From the IMG/VR virus record IMGVR_UViG_3300032116_014300, positions 1-53,705 of that record: a stretch of DNA of 53,705 nucleotides; one strand, 5' to 3'. Below, piece by piece: positions 1 to 7,932 of this stretch. Within the stretch, counting starts at the first letter, position 1, and every line of letters begins with the position of its first letter. Made by a program: the position numbers and the translations under genes. Origin of the DNA: a virus. Its lineage: Duplodnaviria > Caudoviricetes. The notes beneath the pieces were generated by a model. That model had not been told where the DNA came from, did not search any database, and was given only the letters and a program-made list of their open reading frames with translations.

Positions 1-13
1 TGTCAAGAGGGGT

Positions 14-202
14 TCACCAAGGGGGGTTGAACCAGATGTTGAACCCATTCACCCGCTTGTCGTGCGTGGCAGCAACGGCTGGGGTGAACGTGGCTTCATC
101 ATCGTTGAACACCCACACCACCGCGTCATCGGGCACGTTCTCAAGCATCCGCCGGAGGTCAGCCACGGTCATCGTATCCTGTATAGTCACGTTGTTTGTC
201 AT
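14..202 (-). CDS. small hypothetical phage protein
   Basis: 62 aa ORF starting a few nt downstream of promoter 208-236 (possibly leaderless). Confidence 0.7.
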   Translation of the reverse strand: MTNNVTIQDTMTVADLRRMLENVPDDAVVWVFNDDEATFTPAVAATHDKRVNGFNIWFNPPW

Positions 203-207
203 ACTGT

Positions 208-236
208 ATTATAACCTATTTGTGGGCGGGAGTCAA
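208..236 (-). promoter_or_regulatory. sigma70-type early promoter
   Basis: TTGACT-17 nt-TATAAT. Confidence 0.8.
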
Positions 237-281
237 GTGGGTTATAAAACTGTTACAAATCCTTCGGGTTTTCTTCGGGAG

Positions 282-354
282 TGCTCCGCCTGGGGTACGA
301 TCCCAGAACCTACCGGTTAAAAGCCGGTTGCTCTACCAGTTGAGCTAACGGAGC
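282..354 (-). tRNA. tRNA-Lys(UUU), atypical T-loop AUCGUAC
   Basis: Cloverleaf GCTCCGT..GCGGAGC-A; anticodon loop CTTTTAA. Confidence 0.85.
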
Positions 355-402
355 AGGGGCCCTAATATTTTCACGAGGTCTAGGGCTAATCCTCGTGGGC
401 TG

Positions 403-486
403 TTAGTCCAGCCCGAACGCCTTCCCGATCAACGCACCCACGATCAACACCGTGATGAACAACCCACCTGCGACGACGACAGCCAT
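403..486 (-). CDS. 27 aa hydrophobic peptide (MAVVVAGGLFITVLIVGALIGKAFGLD)
   Basis: GGAGA RBS and own promoter; below the ORF-track cutoff. Confidence 0.65.
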   Translation of the reverse strand: MAVVVAGGLFITVLIVGALIGKAFGLD

Positions 487-511
487 ATCGTTCTCCGTTG
501 AAGTTATACTG

Positions 512-540
512 AATATAACAGGGGGAGCCTAACTTGTCAA
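512..540 (-). promoter_or_regulatory. sigma70-type early promoter
   Basis: TTGACA-17-TATATT. Confidence 0.8.
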
Positions 541-544
541 GGGG

Positions 545-730
545 TCACCGACGCCCTCGCCGGGGCACCCGATCAATCCGCTCAGCCGGGCTAGGCGGCT
601 CAGTAACAGAGGCTGGCTCTGGAATAGGGGTAGGGGAGGGCTTGTCCAGGAAACGAAGAGCGAGGACCGTGAGCGGGGTCGCTATCCCCACTGCGAGGAA
701 CGCCACGCCCAGTACGATAAGGTAGGTCAT
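545..730 (-). CDS. small membrane protein with Pro-rich, basic tail
   Basis: MTYLIVLGVAFLAVG.. TM segment; ATGA overlap with upstream ORF. Confidence 0.65.
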   Translation of the reverse strand: MTYLIVLGVAFLAVGIATPLTVLALRFLDKPSPTPIPEPASVTEPPSPAERIDRVPRRGRR

Positions 731-942
731 GAGTGGCTGCTCCCATCGGGTAGGACGGCAATCCACATAGAGCCGGTATTAATCATAAACTCCTTACCAT
801 TGGAGCCGAAGACGGGCTCCACGATCACCGTGTGCGTGAGCCCCCACTGGTGGGCAATCTCACATGCCCTCTCGTATTGGGGGAGTGTCATGTGGGCGGA
901 GAACCCATTGGCGAACTGGAACCGGTAGGTGAGCATGGGCAT
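727..942 (-). CDS. hypothetical protein
   Basis: 71 aa ORF in tightly packed operon. Confidence 0.65.
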   Translation of the reverse strand: MPMLTYRFQFANGFSAHMTLPQYERACEIAHQWGLTHTVIVEPVFGSNGKEFMINTGSMWIAVLPDGSSHS

Positions 943-944
943 GG

Positions 945-1112
945 TTACTTACCGAACCGAGCCTTCCACTGCTTGTTGAACTTCCGGTTCTGACTCCACA
1001 CATGGTACGACCCGATCACGAGGTAGGTCACGATCCCGGCGACGATCAGGAGCTCGACGATGGAGTTGACAGTGTACATCGTGGCGGCAGTTTCGATTGC
1101 GTTGGTCATCAT
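945..1112 (-). CDS. 55 aa single-TM protein (MMTNAIETAATMYTVNSIVELLIVAGIV...)
   Basis: GGAGA RBS, promoter 1136-1164; not in ORF track. Confidence 0.65.
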   Translation of the reverse strand: MMTNAIETAATMYTVNSIVELLIVAGIVTYLVIGSYHVWSQNRKFNKQWKARFGK

Positions 1113-1135
1113 GTTCTCCGTTTAGTGTATGGTGT

Positions 1136-1164
1136 ATTATAACCTATTACTTCGGTCGTGTCAA
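1136..1164 (-). promoter_or_regulatory. sigma70-type early promoter
   Basis: TTGACA-17-TATAAT (perfect consensus). Confidence 0.85.
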
Positions 1165-1168
1165 GGGG

Positions 1169-1390
1169 TTACTTCTGACAGAGTAGGGTTCCCGTCCACA
1201 CATACAGGTTCCCGTTCTGTTTCACATCGGGAACCGTGATCGTGTACTTGACACATCCCAGCTTGATCGCCGTGTGGGTCAGGTCGAACGTCACCTTATC
1301 CCGACCCAACTGCATGTCACGGGAAGAACGGGAGATGGTGACCGTGGTGTCGGTGACCAGCGTAACGGAGAGAAGAAGTGAAGTAATCAT
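1169..1390 (-). CDS. hypothetical protein
   Basis: 73 aa ORF directly after promoter 1397-1425. Confidence 0.6.
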   Translation of the reverse strand: MITSLLLSVTLVTDTTVTISRSSRDMQLGRDKVTFDLTHTAIKLGCVKYTITVPDVKQNGNLYVWTGTLLCQK

Positions 1391-1396
1391 AGTATA

Positions 1397-1425
1397 ATAA
1401 TACCATACCCCAAGCCCCCCGTCAA
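1397..1425 (-). promoter_or_regulatory. sigma70-type promoter with extended -10
   Basis: TTGACG-17-TATTAT, TG at -15/-14. Confidence 0.7.
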
Positions 1426-1667
1426 GTGGGGAGAACCATTGTTACAAAAGGATGGAGAATGTAACGATGTGCGGCGTGGACTTGACAGGGAGGTTTCTCG
1501 TAACTGACAGCGTGCCTATCGCAAGCGACCGGCGGTAACCTGTTCACGAATCGGGGCTATTTTTTTCTTGACAGCCGTTTTTTCTTATACGGTAATTTGC
1601 GAATTCCGTAATGCGAGTTCCTATTGCATTCCCCCGTCCTTTATAAAAAAATCCGCTACAAATTTTT

Positions 1668-2345
1668 TTATGGGAAAATATACGGTGTTAACTTATCAAG
1701 TACGACTTTAATATGCACGGTGCGATATCCGGTTTGCTGTCGAATCTCTTCCAAGAATTCTTTTTTATGATATTTGGTGAGCGTATGGGGATGTTGTAAT
1801 AGGGCAATAACTGCCTGTGCAATACGCTGTTGCCGAAGTTTTTTGAAGATTCTGGGAATAGCCAACTGTTGTAGCTTTTCGTGGATAGGTACTGCGTAAT
1901 TGTCACATTCGTCCATGCGATACAATAATTGTCGGGGATAGACCGTCTTGGCAGTCTTCAGAACGGTTTCATGCGTGTTACTCTGTACATCGGCAATTTC
2001 CAGGAGTTGATGCCACCCCAGTATATTGGTATGTTGCGTTTCTTCTTTATGCGCAAGTTCACGAAGATAAAAAATTCTATTCTTGATAATGACCGTGAAG
2101 TAACTGAAGCTTTTTCCACGAGCTGACGTATACTTGTCTAGTTGCAGGACCGTATAGACGAGGAGATCATATTCCAGTTCAGAAGTGATCAGTTCAGGAC
2201 TATAGAACTTCCGTACGAGAATCTGTATCATTTTCCGCAACGGAACGTCTATCTGGGTACGGTAGAGGTGTTCCCGTTCCATAGGATCCGTGGACTCATT
2301 ATAGGTTACAATTGTGGTGTCGAGCGTGTTCTGCCAATATATCAT
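1668..2345 (-). CDS. putative phage sigma factor (gp55-like), paralog of 34125-34889
   Basis: LDKYTSARGKSFSYFTVIIKN resembles sigma region 2 and aligns with LHKFTEDKGKAFSYFSVVAKN. Confidence 0.6.
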   Translation of the reverse strand: MIYWQNTLDTTIVTYNESTDPMEREHLYRTQIDVPLRKMIQILVRKFYSPELITSELEYDLLVYTVLQLDKYTSARGKSFSYFTVIIKNRIFYLRELAHKEETQHTNILGWHQLLEIADVQSNTHETVLKTAKTVYPRQLLYRMDECDNYAVPIHEKLQQLAIPRIFKKLRQQRIAQAVIALLQHPHTLTKYHKKEFLEEIRQQTGYRTVHIKVVLDKLTPYIFP

Positions 2346-2372
2346 ACGTACCTGGTGAAAGAATATGTATGA

Positions 2373-2401
2373 AGTATAAGAGTTTCGCAGATTCTTGTCA
2401 A
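2373..2401 (-). promoter_or_regulatory. sigma70-type promoter
   Basis: TTGACA-17-TATACT. Confidence 0.75.
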
Positions 2402-2454
2402 GAGTGTACTCTATTTATGAGTATTACCCGTTATGAGCGAGCTAACGAGACATT

Positions 2455-2694
2455 ATGATATCCTTATTGGACATTTTATTTGAACGCACCGAAGAGTATA
2501 GTGAAGGGGAGGTCTGGGTCACTCCCAAGAAGTTTTATGGTGCGAAGAGTGCTACGGGCGACATTCGGTACTTTATAGATCGGGAAGATGCAGTGAAGTA
2601 TGCAAGTGGGAAAACACCACCGCCACATGTTGGGCGCCCAGAACCGAAACAACATAAGCAACATCACGAGCCGGTGCAACACTACACGAAGTAA
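2455..2694 (+). CDS. hypothetical protein
   Basis: 79 aa ORF preceded by CTATTTAT motif. Confidence 0.6.
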   Translation: MISLLDILFERTEEYSEGEVWVTPKKFYGAKSATGDIRYFIDREDAVKYASGKTPPPHVGRPEPKQHKQHHEPVQHYTK

Positions 2695-3680
2695 CGTGAA
2701 TAGCAAATCGTCACATCAGCATTCTTTTGATTTTTTGCTTCAGTCTGTTGGTTGGCTTGACGCTTTGAGGACGTAACGGAAAAGATTTTTTTGGCGGGAT
2801 ATGCTTCGTGCATATGTGCAATATCTTGAATCATGTGCATCTTGCCGACGTTATGTACGTTCCAACAACTCCACCCATTGGGTACTAATTTTGCCAATGC
2901 TTTCTGTACAAGCGGATTGAGGAACTGCTCCACCCACATAGCATAGGTCGTGCATCCCGTAATAGACTGCGTAGCCTCGCGGGAATATACCTCAAGGTCA
3001 AAGTACGGGGGAGACGTAAGAATGAGATCTACGTTGGGAATCTCGTAGTGATCCATATTGAGCGCACTGTCATGATAGAGCGTTACCTTATTGCCCACGT
3101 TGAGGAAGTCCACCAATCGGAGTAGGTTGTGATACGTTTCGGTATTCGGTTCAAAGGCAGTATAATGTGCTCCTGTCGCAACTGTTCCCAACAACCGACC
3201 GCCCCAACCTGCACATGGATCCAAGACATGCTCCGCTCGGAGATTACCCACAATCATTTTTGCCATTTGGGGACGGTACATGGTGGACTTGGGGAGTCCG
3301 AAATTAAAATAAATCCCACGTTTCAATTCGGAGAGATAGGGTGTGGAATGTGACTTACGGTTCCATCGGAGTACCTTTTCCAAATTATTGGGGGTCCATA
3401 ACGAACTAAACGAAACGCCTTTCTTATCTTCAATATTATAAAAGTTGGGAAAAAAATACTCGCAGAGTTTCATACCAAGGCGTTGGGTAGACGAGATGGT
3501 ATCGGCGTTGGGAATCCATTTGCGGAGTTTCATCCAATCGGTTTTGAGCTCTGCGTCGGTATAATGGGGATGAAACGAGACAGTGGAGAGTTCGTGAGCA
3601 AGCGACGGCACAAGGGTGTTAAATTCTTCATCGGAAAGATTTCTAAGACTGTGCCGAATATTGAGAAATTTATGAATCAT
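2682..3680 (-). CDS. amino-DNA methyltransferase (m4C/m6A)
   Basis: SAM motif VLDPCAGWGG, catalytic TSPPY; start placed at MIHKF overlapping upstream gene. Confidence 0.85.
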   Translation of the reverse strand: MIHKFLNIRHSLRNLSDEEFNTLVPSLAHELSTVSFHPHYTDAELKTDWMKLRKWIPNADTISSTQRLGMKLCEYFFPNFYNIEDKKGVSFSSLWTPNNLEKVLRWNRKSHSTPYLSELKRGIYFNFGLPKSTMYRPQMAKMIVGNLRAEHVLDPCAGWGGRLLGTVATGAHYTAFEPNTETYHNLLRLVDFLNVGNKVTLYHDSALNMDHYEIPNVDLILTSPPYFDLEVYSREATQSITGCTTYAMWVEQFLNPLVQKALAKLVPNGWSCWNVHNVGKMHMIQDIAHMHEAYPAKKIFSVTSSKRQANQQTEAKNQKNADVTICYSRYFV

Positions 3681-4260
3681 GCTGGGGCGGACTGATGAGA
3701 GGGAAAAACTTTTTATTAAACACGTACCTATACGTCTGAATATTATTACGTACAAATATTACTTTGTGTGGTTGATTCATCCAATGTTTGTATGTAAAGG
3801 CAACCGTGCGAACATACGTACCTTTAATGTCCCCGTTAGGGAGTTTCTTGTTAAGAATATATTCCACACGATCTTTAATTGATGTATATGGAAACTCTAC
3901 AATGAATAGGAGCTTACCATTCTGAAAGCCGGAGATAAGCATTCGTAAATCGTCGGCAAGGTACTTATGGTGACGAGCCCACGTAAGGTCAGAAAAGTTT
4001 CCCTTGCCGTCTAACTTTCCTGTATCTGTCACATTTGATGGTTTCACCTCAATTGCTGCAAAGTCATCGTCATATCCTTTCTTACCTTCAGATGGACGAA
4101 GCCCCACGACAATCTTGGTGACATCTTCACGATATTTGGAAGAATTCTTGTCGTTGGCAAATTCTTGAATAATATCATAAATGACTTTTTCTGTGTCATT
4201 TACAGGAACAACTACATCATTCAATGCATAATGGAGCTTATATTCTTCTGCCGTTTTCAC
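3670..4260 (-). CDS. putative PD-(D/E)XK restriction endonuclease
   Basis: GYDDDFAAIEVK motif; overlaps MTase start. Confidence 0.5.
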   Translation of the reverse strand: MKTAEEYKLHYALNDVVVPVNDTEKVIYDIIQEFANDKNSSKYREDVTKIVVGLRPSEGKKGYDDDFAAIEVKPSNVTDTGKLDGKGNFSDLTWARHHKYLADDLRMLISGFQNGKLLFIVEFPYTSIKDRVEYILNKKLPNGDIKGTYVRTVAFTYKHWMNQPHKVIFVRNNIQTYRYVFNKKFFPLISPPQHDS

Positions 4261-4289
4261 AAGAAACCCCCTTGATTGAGTATCCTATA

Positions 4290-4318
4290 AATATAATATA
4301 GGTATATTCACATGTCAA
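4290..4318 (-). promoter_or_regulatory. sigma70-type promoter
   Basis: TTGACA-17-TATATT. Confidence 0.75.
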
Positions 4319-4342
4319 GGGGTTTGTAATGATTACATAATA

Positions 4343-4416
4343 CGGGATGGACGGGGATCGAACCCGCAACCTCTGGAGTGACAGTCCAGTGAGCTAACCG
4401 ATTGCGCCACCACCCC
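4343..4416 (-). tRNA. tRNA-Asp(GUC)
   Basis: Cloverleaf; loop CTGTCAC. Confidence 0.92.
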
Positions 4417-4418
4417 TA

Positions 4419-4491
4419 CACGCCGGGAGAGAATCGAACTCCCAACCCCTAGTTTTGGAGACTAGTGCTCTACCAATTGAGTTACCGACGC
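4419..4491 (-). tRNA. tRNA-Trp(CCA)
   Basis: Cloverleaf; loop CTCCAAA. Confidence 0.92.
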
Positions 4492-4496
4492 AGAAG

Positions 4497-4569
4497 CTCC
4501 CAGAGAGGGACTTGAACCCCCGACCCGGTGATTAACAGTCACCTGCTCTACCGACTGAGCTATCTGGGA
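4497..4569 (-). tRNA. tRNA-Asn(GUU)
   Basis: Cloverleaf; loop CTGTTAA. Confidence 0.95.
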
Positions 4570-4570
4570 A

Positions 4571-4646
4571 TGGTGTGCTAGGTCATACCCTTCTTTTGCC
4601 TTTAGGTCTTCCGACGTTCAGGTACCAACCGGGATGCCTAGCACAC
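4571..4646 (-). ncRNA. candidate rod-shaped small RNA
   Basis: 10-bp closing stem GTGTGCTAGG/CCTAGCACAC, apical GTC-GGAA-GAC GNRA loop, ends in CCA. Confidence 0.45.
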
Positions 4647-4665
4647 GTTATTCTTCTTCATTTCG

Positions 4666-4706
4666 TAAAAAACGATATGCGAGGTACGTTCCCCCGCACG
4701 CCGTTA
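4666..4706 (-). terminator. putative intrinsic terminator after PEP-CTERM gene
   Basis: Hairpin AACGGCGTGCGGGG/CCTCGCATATCGTT followed by T-run. Confidence 0.5.
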
Positions 4707-4739
4707 ATGCAATCACACCGAACCAGAGAAACGCACCAA

Positions 4740-5591
4740 TCATGTGAGTTTCTTTCTCCGTCCAACCATTCCCAATCCAACCAATCCCACGATCATCATA
4801 AGATAGGTGGATGGTTCTGGAACGGTCGTTGATGGAACGCCGCGATCAAAGTTGGTGTTAAGGACTTCGGTACCACCACTGGATACCTTTACGTTATCGA
4901 CGAATCCCTTGTACGCATAGGGCCATTGACTGCCCAATCCCACCCCGACACCCATCACCTGTTTGTCACCATAACACGAGACGATTTGACTAATGGTCAG
5001 TGCTTGAACCCCACCACCCCACACCGGAAGTTCGTTGGTGGAGCAGGGATTGGCACTTAAACTATATCCTTCTGCGTTACGATACCAGAAATTTCCATTA
5101 ATCATTTCAGAAGTTTGCCAACTATCGACGTAACTGAGATCGTTGTTAATAGGACGGTTGAAATAATTTTCCCATACAATTTCCGTATTATCGTCCAAGA
5201 ACACCCGAAACGCAGGTGACTTGTACTTCCAATCATAGAGCTGAATGCCGTCCTTGGTTACGTCGGCATCCCAATTCGGATTAGAACTACGGAACCAATC
5301 AAAACTCAAACTGGTTAGGTTGGATAATGCTCCCCAATTCGTATCTGCATACCGATAAGCAAATACCCAATCTTCCATCTTACCTGTCGTATGCATTTGA
5401 AGTGAACCAAATCCTACATCACCAAATCCATACCGTGGCTTAGCACCTGTAACGGTGGCATTGCCGTTACCTTGGATTTCGGTGTACCATCCAAGGTCTT
5501 TCTGTGCCAGATTGTTCTGTGATACGACTTGTGCGGCTGCGTTTGGAGCAAACAACAGAAGTCCGAGTACAATCATCATAATCTTTTTCAT
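4740..5591 (-). CDS. PEP-CTERM sorting-domain surface protein
   Basis: Signal peptide MKKIMMIVLGLLLFAPNAAA; C-terminus VPEPSTYLMMIVGLVGLGMVGRRKK; GGAGA RBS. Confidence 0.9.
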   Translation of the reverse strand: MKKIMMIVLGLLLFAPNAAAQVVSQNNLAQKDLGWYTEIQGNGNATVTGAKPRYGFGDVGFGSLQMHTTGKMEDWVFAYRYADTNWGALSNLTSLSFDWFRSSNPNWDADVTKDGIQLYDWKYKSPAFRVFLDDNTEIVWENYFNRPINNDLSYVDSWQTSEMINGNFWYRNAEGYSLSANPCSTNELPVWGGGVQALTISQIVSCYGDKQVMGVGVGLGSQWPYAYKGFVDNVKVSSGGTEVLNTNFDRGVPSTTVPEPSTYLMMIVGLVGLGMVGRRKKLT

Positions 5592-5599
5592 AAATTCTC

Positions 5600-6106
5600 C
5601 TAATCCCAAAGTCCTTCGTAATATTTGCCGAATAGACGAAACCCATTGGTAATACGTTCTTGATACTTGGTGCGACCTTCCCAATCACATTCCCCTTCGG
5701 TTTTCCATTTAAATTGATATGCTTCCAATCCATCGACAACCTTTTCTGGCGTCACTGGATCATTCCAATCAATTTCTGGTTTGGTCTTCCAGAACTGTTC
5801 TTCCCAATCGGTGAGCTTACTTTCAAATGCGAAAATCATCTCATCTAATACATACTCCCACCGTTTGAAATGATTCTCATCTACGTCATATTCACCGACC
5901 AACTGCTCCGTACGAAGTTCTTCGGGAACATCTTCCATATCAACGTTGGGAGCACCATGTTGGGTTTCCTTCAACTGCTTTAACATCGGAGTGATAATGT
6001 GGGCAAGAGTATTATCCATACTCCACGTATCCCACGGATCAATCTGGATTTTAACTTTCCGTTCACGATCCGACTTCTTTGGATACTTCCCGATAAAGAC
6101 TTTCAT
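5600..6106 (-). CDS. phage hypothetical protein
   Basis: 168 aa, Trp-rich, ends GFRLFGKYYEGLWD. Confidence 0.8.
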   Translation of the reverse strand: MKVFIGKYPKKSDRERKVKIQIDPWDTWSMDNTLAHIITPMLKQLKETQHGAPNVDMEDVPEELRTEQLVGEYDVDENHFKRWEYVLDEMIFAFESKLTDWEEQFWKTKPEIDWNDPVTPEKVVDGLEAYQFKWKTEGECDWEGRTKYQERITNGFRLFGKYYEGLWD

Positions 6107-6405
6107 AGATCTGATAGTTTCCCCAGAACAAGTGGTTCCTTTTCTACATATCCTTGACCCCGTGTCATGGTATGTATTTTATAACCCAACATAATAATGA
6201 CGACTATGAAGTTGAAAACGTAATTTAAAATAAGGGGCATGTTGCCAAGACTGATTGCGTAAATCGTCATGAAGACCTCTCCGATAAACCACAACACCAA
6301 CATGGGCCACCCGATATGACATCGTTGATCGTTGATCGTACGAATCAGTTCAGGTACGGCATTTATCGTCAAAAATACGCTACCGATATATCCAATGAGT
6401 TCCAT
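6103..6405 (-). CDS. PQ-loop/SemiSWEET-like membrane protein
   Basis: Three TM helices; IGYIGSVFLTINAVPELIRT. Confidence 0.7.
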   Translation of the reverse strand: MELIGYIGSVFLTINAVPELIRTINDQRCHIGWPMLVLWFIGEVFMTIYAISLGNMPLILNYVFNFIVVIIMLGYKIHTMTRGQGYVEKEPLVLGKLSDL

Positions 6406-6406
6406 A

Positions 6407-6766
6407 TTACTTTGCTAGACTGTGTTTGGTGGGTCTTCCGTTTTCATCGACGCACACAAATATCATTTCATCAATATCGACGATAACCTTTTGTGTGGTC
6501 AAATCACGAACCTGAACTTCCAACGTAATAGATGTGGTGCCAATCTTCTTTAATGCAATGCCGATTTCAACAACATCACCTTGAAATGCGGGAGCAACGA
6601 AGTTGATAGCTGAGATACTCTTTGTAACAACCTTCTTGTGTCTCGTTTCAATTGCTGCATAGATGGACGCTTCTTCGTCCACCCACTCCAAGCAACGACC
6701 GCCAAACAATGTACCGTTCACATTAAGGTCACCGGGCTGTACCAACTTTCGTGTAAGGAATCGCAT
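6407..6766 (-). CDS. acyl-CoA thioesterase (hotdog fold)
   Basis: DLNVNGTLFGGRCLEWVDE; FVCVDENGRP. Confidence 0.9.
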   Translation of the reverse strand: MRFLTRKLVQPGDLNVNGTLFGGRCLEWVDEEASIYAAIETRHKKVVTKSISAINFVAPAFQGDVVEIGIALKKIGTTSITLEVQVRDLTTQKVIVDIDEMIFVCVDENGRPTKHSLAK

Positions 6767-6771
6767 AGTAT

Positions 6772-7338
6772 TTATTGTTTAATGTCTTTTTGAATGTCCT
6801 TGCGAACTCTATCTAAATACTTCTCACGTTTCTCTTGGGTAACAAATGGAACACTCCAGAACTGCCGTGTCTTTGCCTTGAACCACCCGAAGACGAAGGA
6901 GTATACCCCAAGGGATAACCGTAATTTAACCGCATTGAGGTATAAAGTCAAGACGGGAAGTGCGGGAGCACCGTGGGTTAAATATGTTCTAACTTTCTTA
7001 GAAGATAATAACGGTTTTGGATATCCATACTTAGGAATTAATGGCATAAACTTATAGGCAAATCCCGGCGTAAATACCACATCAAAAAATTCTTCCATGA
7101 GTGGGGTACAACGGAACCACCAGACGGGAGATATAATATAGATTCTGTCTGCCCACGTAACAAGTTCTTGATAATGTTTAATGACTTCTTTCTTTTTAAT
7201 TGAAAGATCGTCTTTATACAAATCAATAATTTCTATATTTTGTTTATGTTGCTTGAGTTCGTGTTGAATGGTTTTCATGATTCCATTATAACAAAAACTT
7301 TTTCTGTCGGGATGACCGATAACGATGAGGTTATTCAT
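6772..7338 (-). CDS. NAD(P)H:quinone oxidoreductase (flavodoxin-like fold)
   Basis: GHPDRKSF, DLY, PVWW, FFDVVFTPGFAY. Confidence 0.9.
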   Translation of the reverse strand: MNNLIVIGHPDRKSFCYNGIMKTIQHELKQHKQNIEIIDLYKDDLSIKKKEVIKHYQELVTWADRIYIISPVWWFRCTPLMEEFFDVVFTPGFAYKFMPLIPKYGYPKPLLSSKKVRTYLTHGAPALPVLTLYLNAVKLRLSLGVYSFVFGWFKAKTRQFWSVPFVTQEKREKYLDRVRKDIQKDIKQ

Positions 7339-7357
7339 ATTAGTAAGAAAAAGGAAG

Positions 7358-7431
7358 TCCGCGTTCTAGGAGTTGAACCTAGTGCCTTCTGTGTATCAGA
7401 CAGACGTGCAAACCACTTACACTTAACGCGG
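7358..7431 (-). tRNA. tRNA-Ile(GAU)
   Basis: Cloverleaf; loop CTGATAC. Confidence 0.88.
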
Positions 7432-7434
7432 ATA

Positions 7435-7517
7435 TGGGGGTGGAAGGATTCGAACCTACTCAGCCAATGGCAGCAGATTTACAGTCTGTCGTAACTCTCC
7501 AACTTTACCGCACCCCC
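7435..7517 (-). tRNA. tRNA-Tyr(GUA)
   Basis: Loop CTGTAAA; long variable arm. Confidence 0.9.
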
Positions 7518-7520
7518 AAA

Positions 7521-7600
7521 TGCACTCAGAGGGACTTGAACCCCCACGGTTTCCCGCACGCTCCTAAGGCGTGTGCGTCTGCCAATTCCGCCATGAGTGC
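7521..7600 (-). tRNA. tRNA-Leu(UAG)
   Basis: Loop CTTAGGA; variable arm. Confidence 0.93.
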
Positions 7601-7604
7601 GTAG

Positions 7605-7679
7605 GGTGAGAGACGGGAATCGAACCCGCAACCCCCGGAACCACAATCCGGTGCTCTAACCGATTGAGCTACAATCACC
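7605..7679 (-). tRNA. tRNA-His(GUG)
   Basis: G-1:C73, loop TTGTGGT; two acceptor-stem mismatches. Confidence 0.88.
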
Positions 7680-7686
7680 ATAGAAA

Positions 7687-7771
7687 CGGACAGTGAGGGA
7701 TTCGAACTCTCGGAACCTTTCGGCTCGGTGCTTTTCAAGAGCACTGCAATAGACCACTCTGCCAACTGTCC
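7687..7771 (-). tRNA. tRNA-Ser(UGA)
   Basis: Loop CTTGAAA; long variable arm; G73. Confidence 0.93.
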
Positions 7772-7775
7772 TAGA

Positions 7776-7847
7776 TGCCCTGAGAAGGATTCGAACCCTC
7801 ACTAACGGTTCCGAAGACCGCTGTGCTCTCCATTACACCATCTGGGC
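7776..7847 (-). tRNA. tRNA-Arg(UCG)
   Basis: Loop CTTCGGA; A20 present. Confidence 0.85.
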
Positions 7848-7852
7848 GTTAA

Positions 7853-7927
7853 TAGGGGAAGAGGGATTCGAACCCCCGACCTCCTGCTCCCAAAGCAGGC
7901 GCGATAACCGGACTACGCTATTCCCCT
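7853..7927 (-). tRNA. tRNA-Pro(UGG)
   Basis: Loop TTTGGGA; A1-U72. Confidence 0.92.
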
Positions 7928-7932
7928 AAAAG

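Noticed and set aside
4740-5684. 314 aa version of the PEP-CTERM ORF
   Set aside because: The extension overlaps the upstream gene; ATG at 5591 has an RBS and starts a signal peptide
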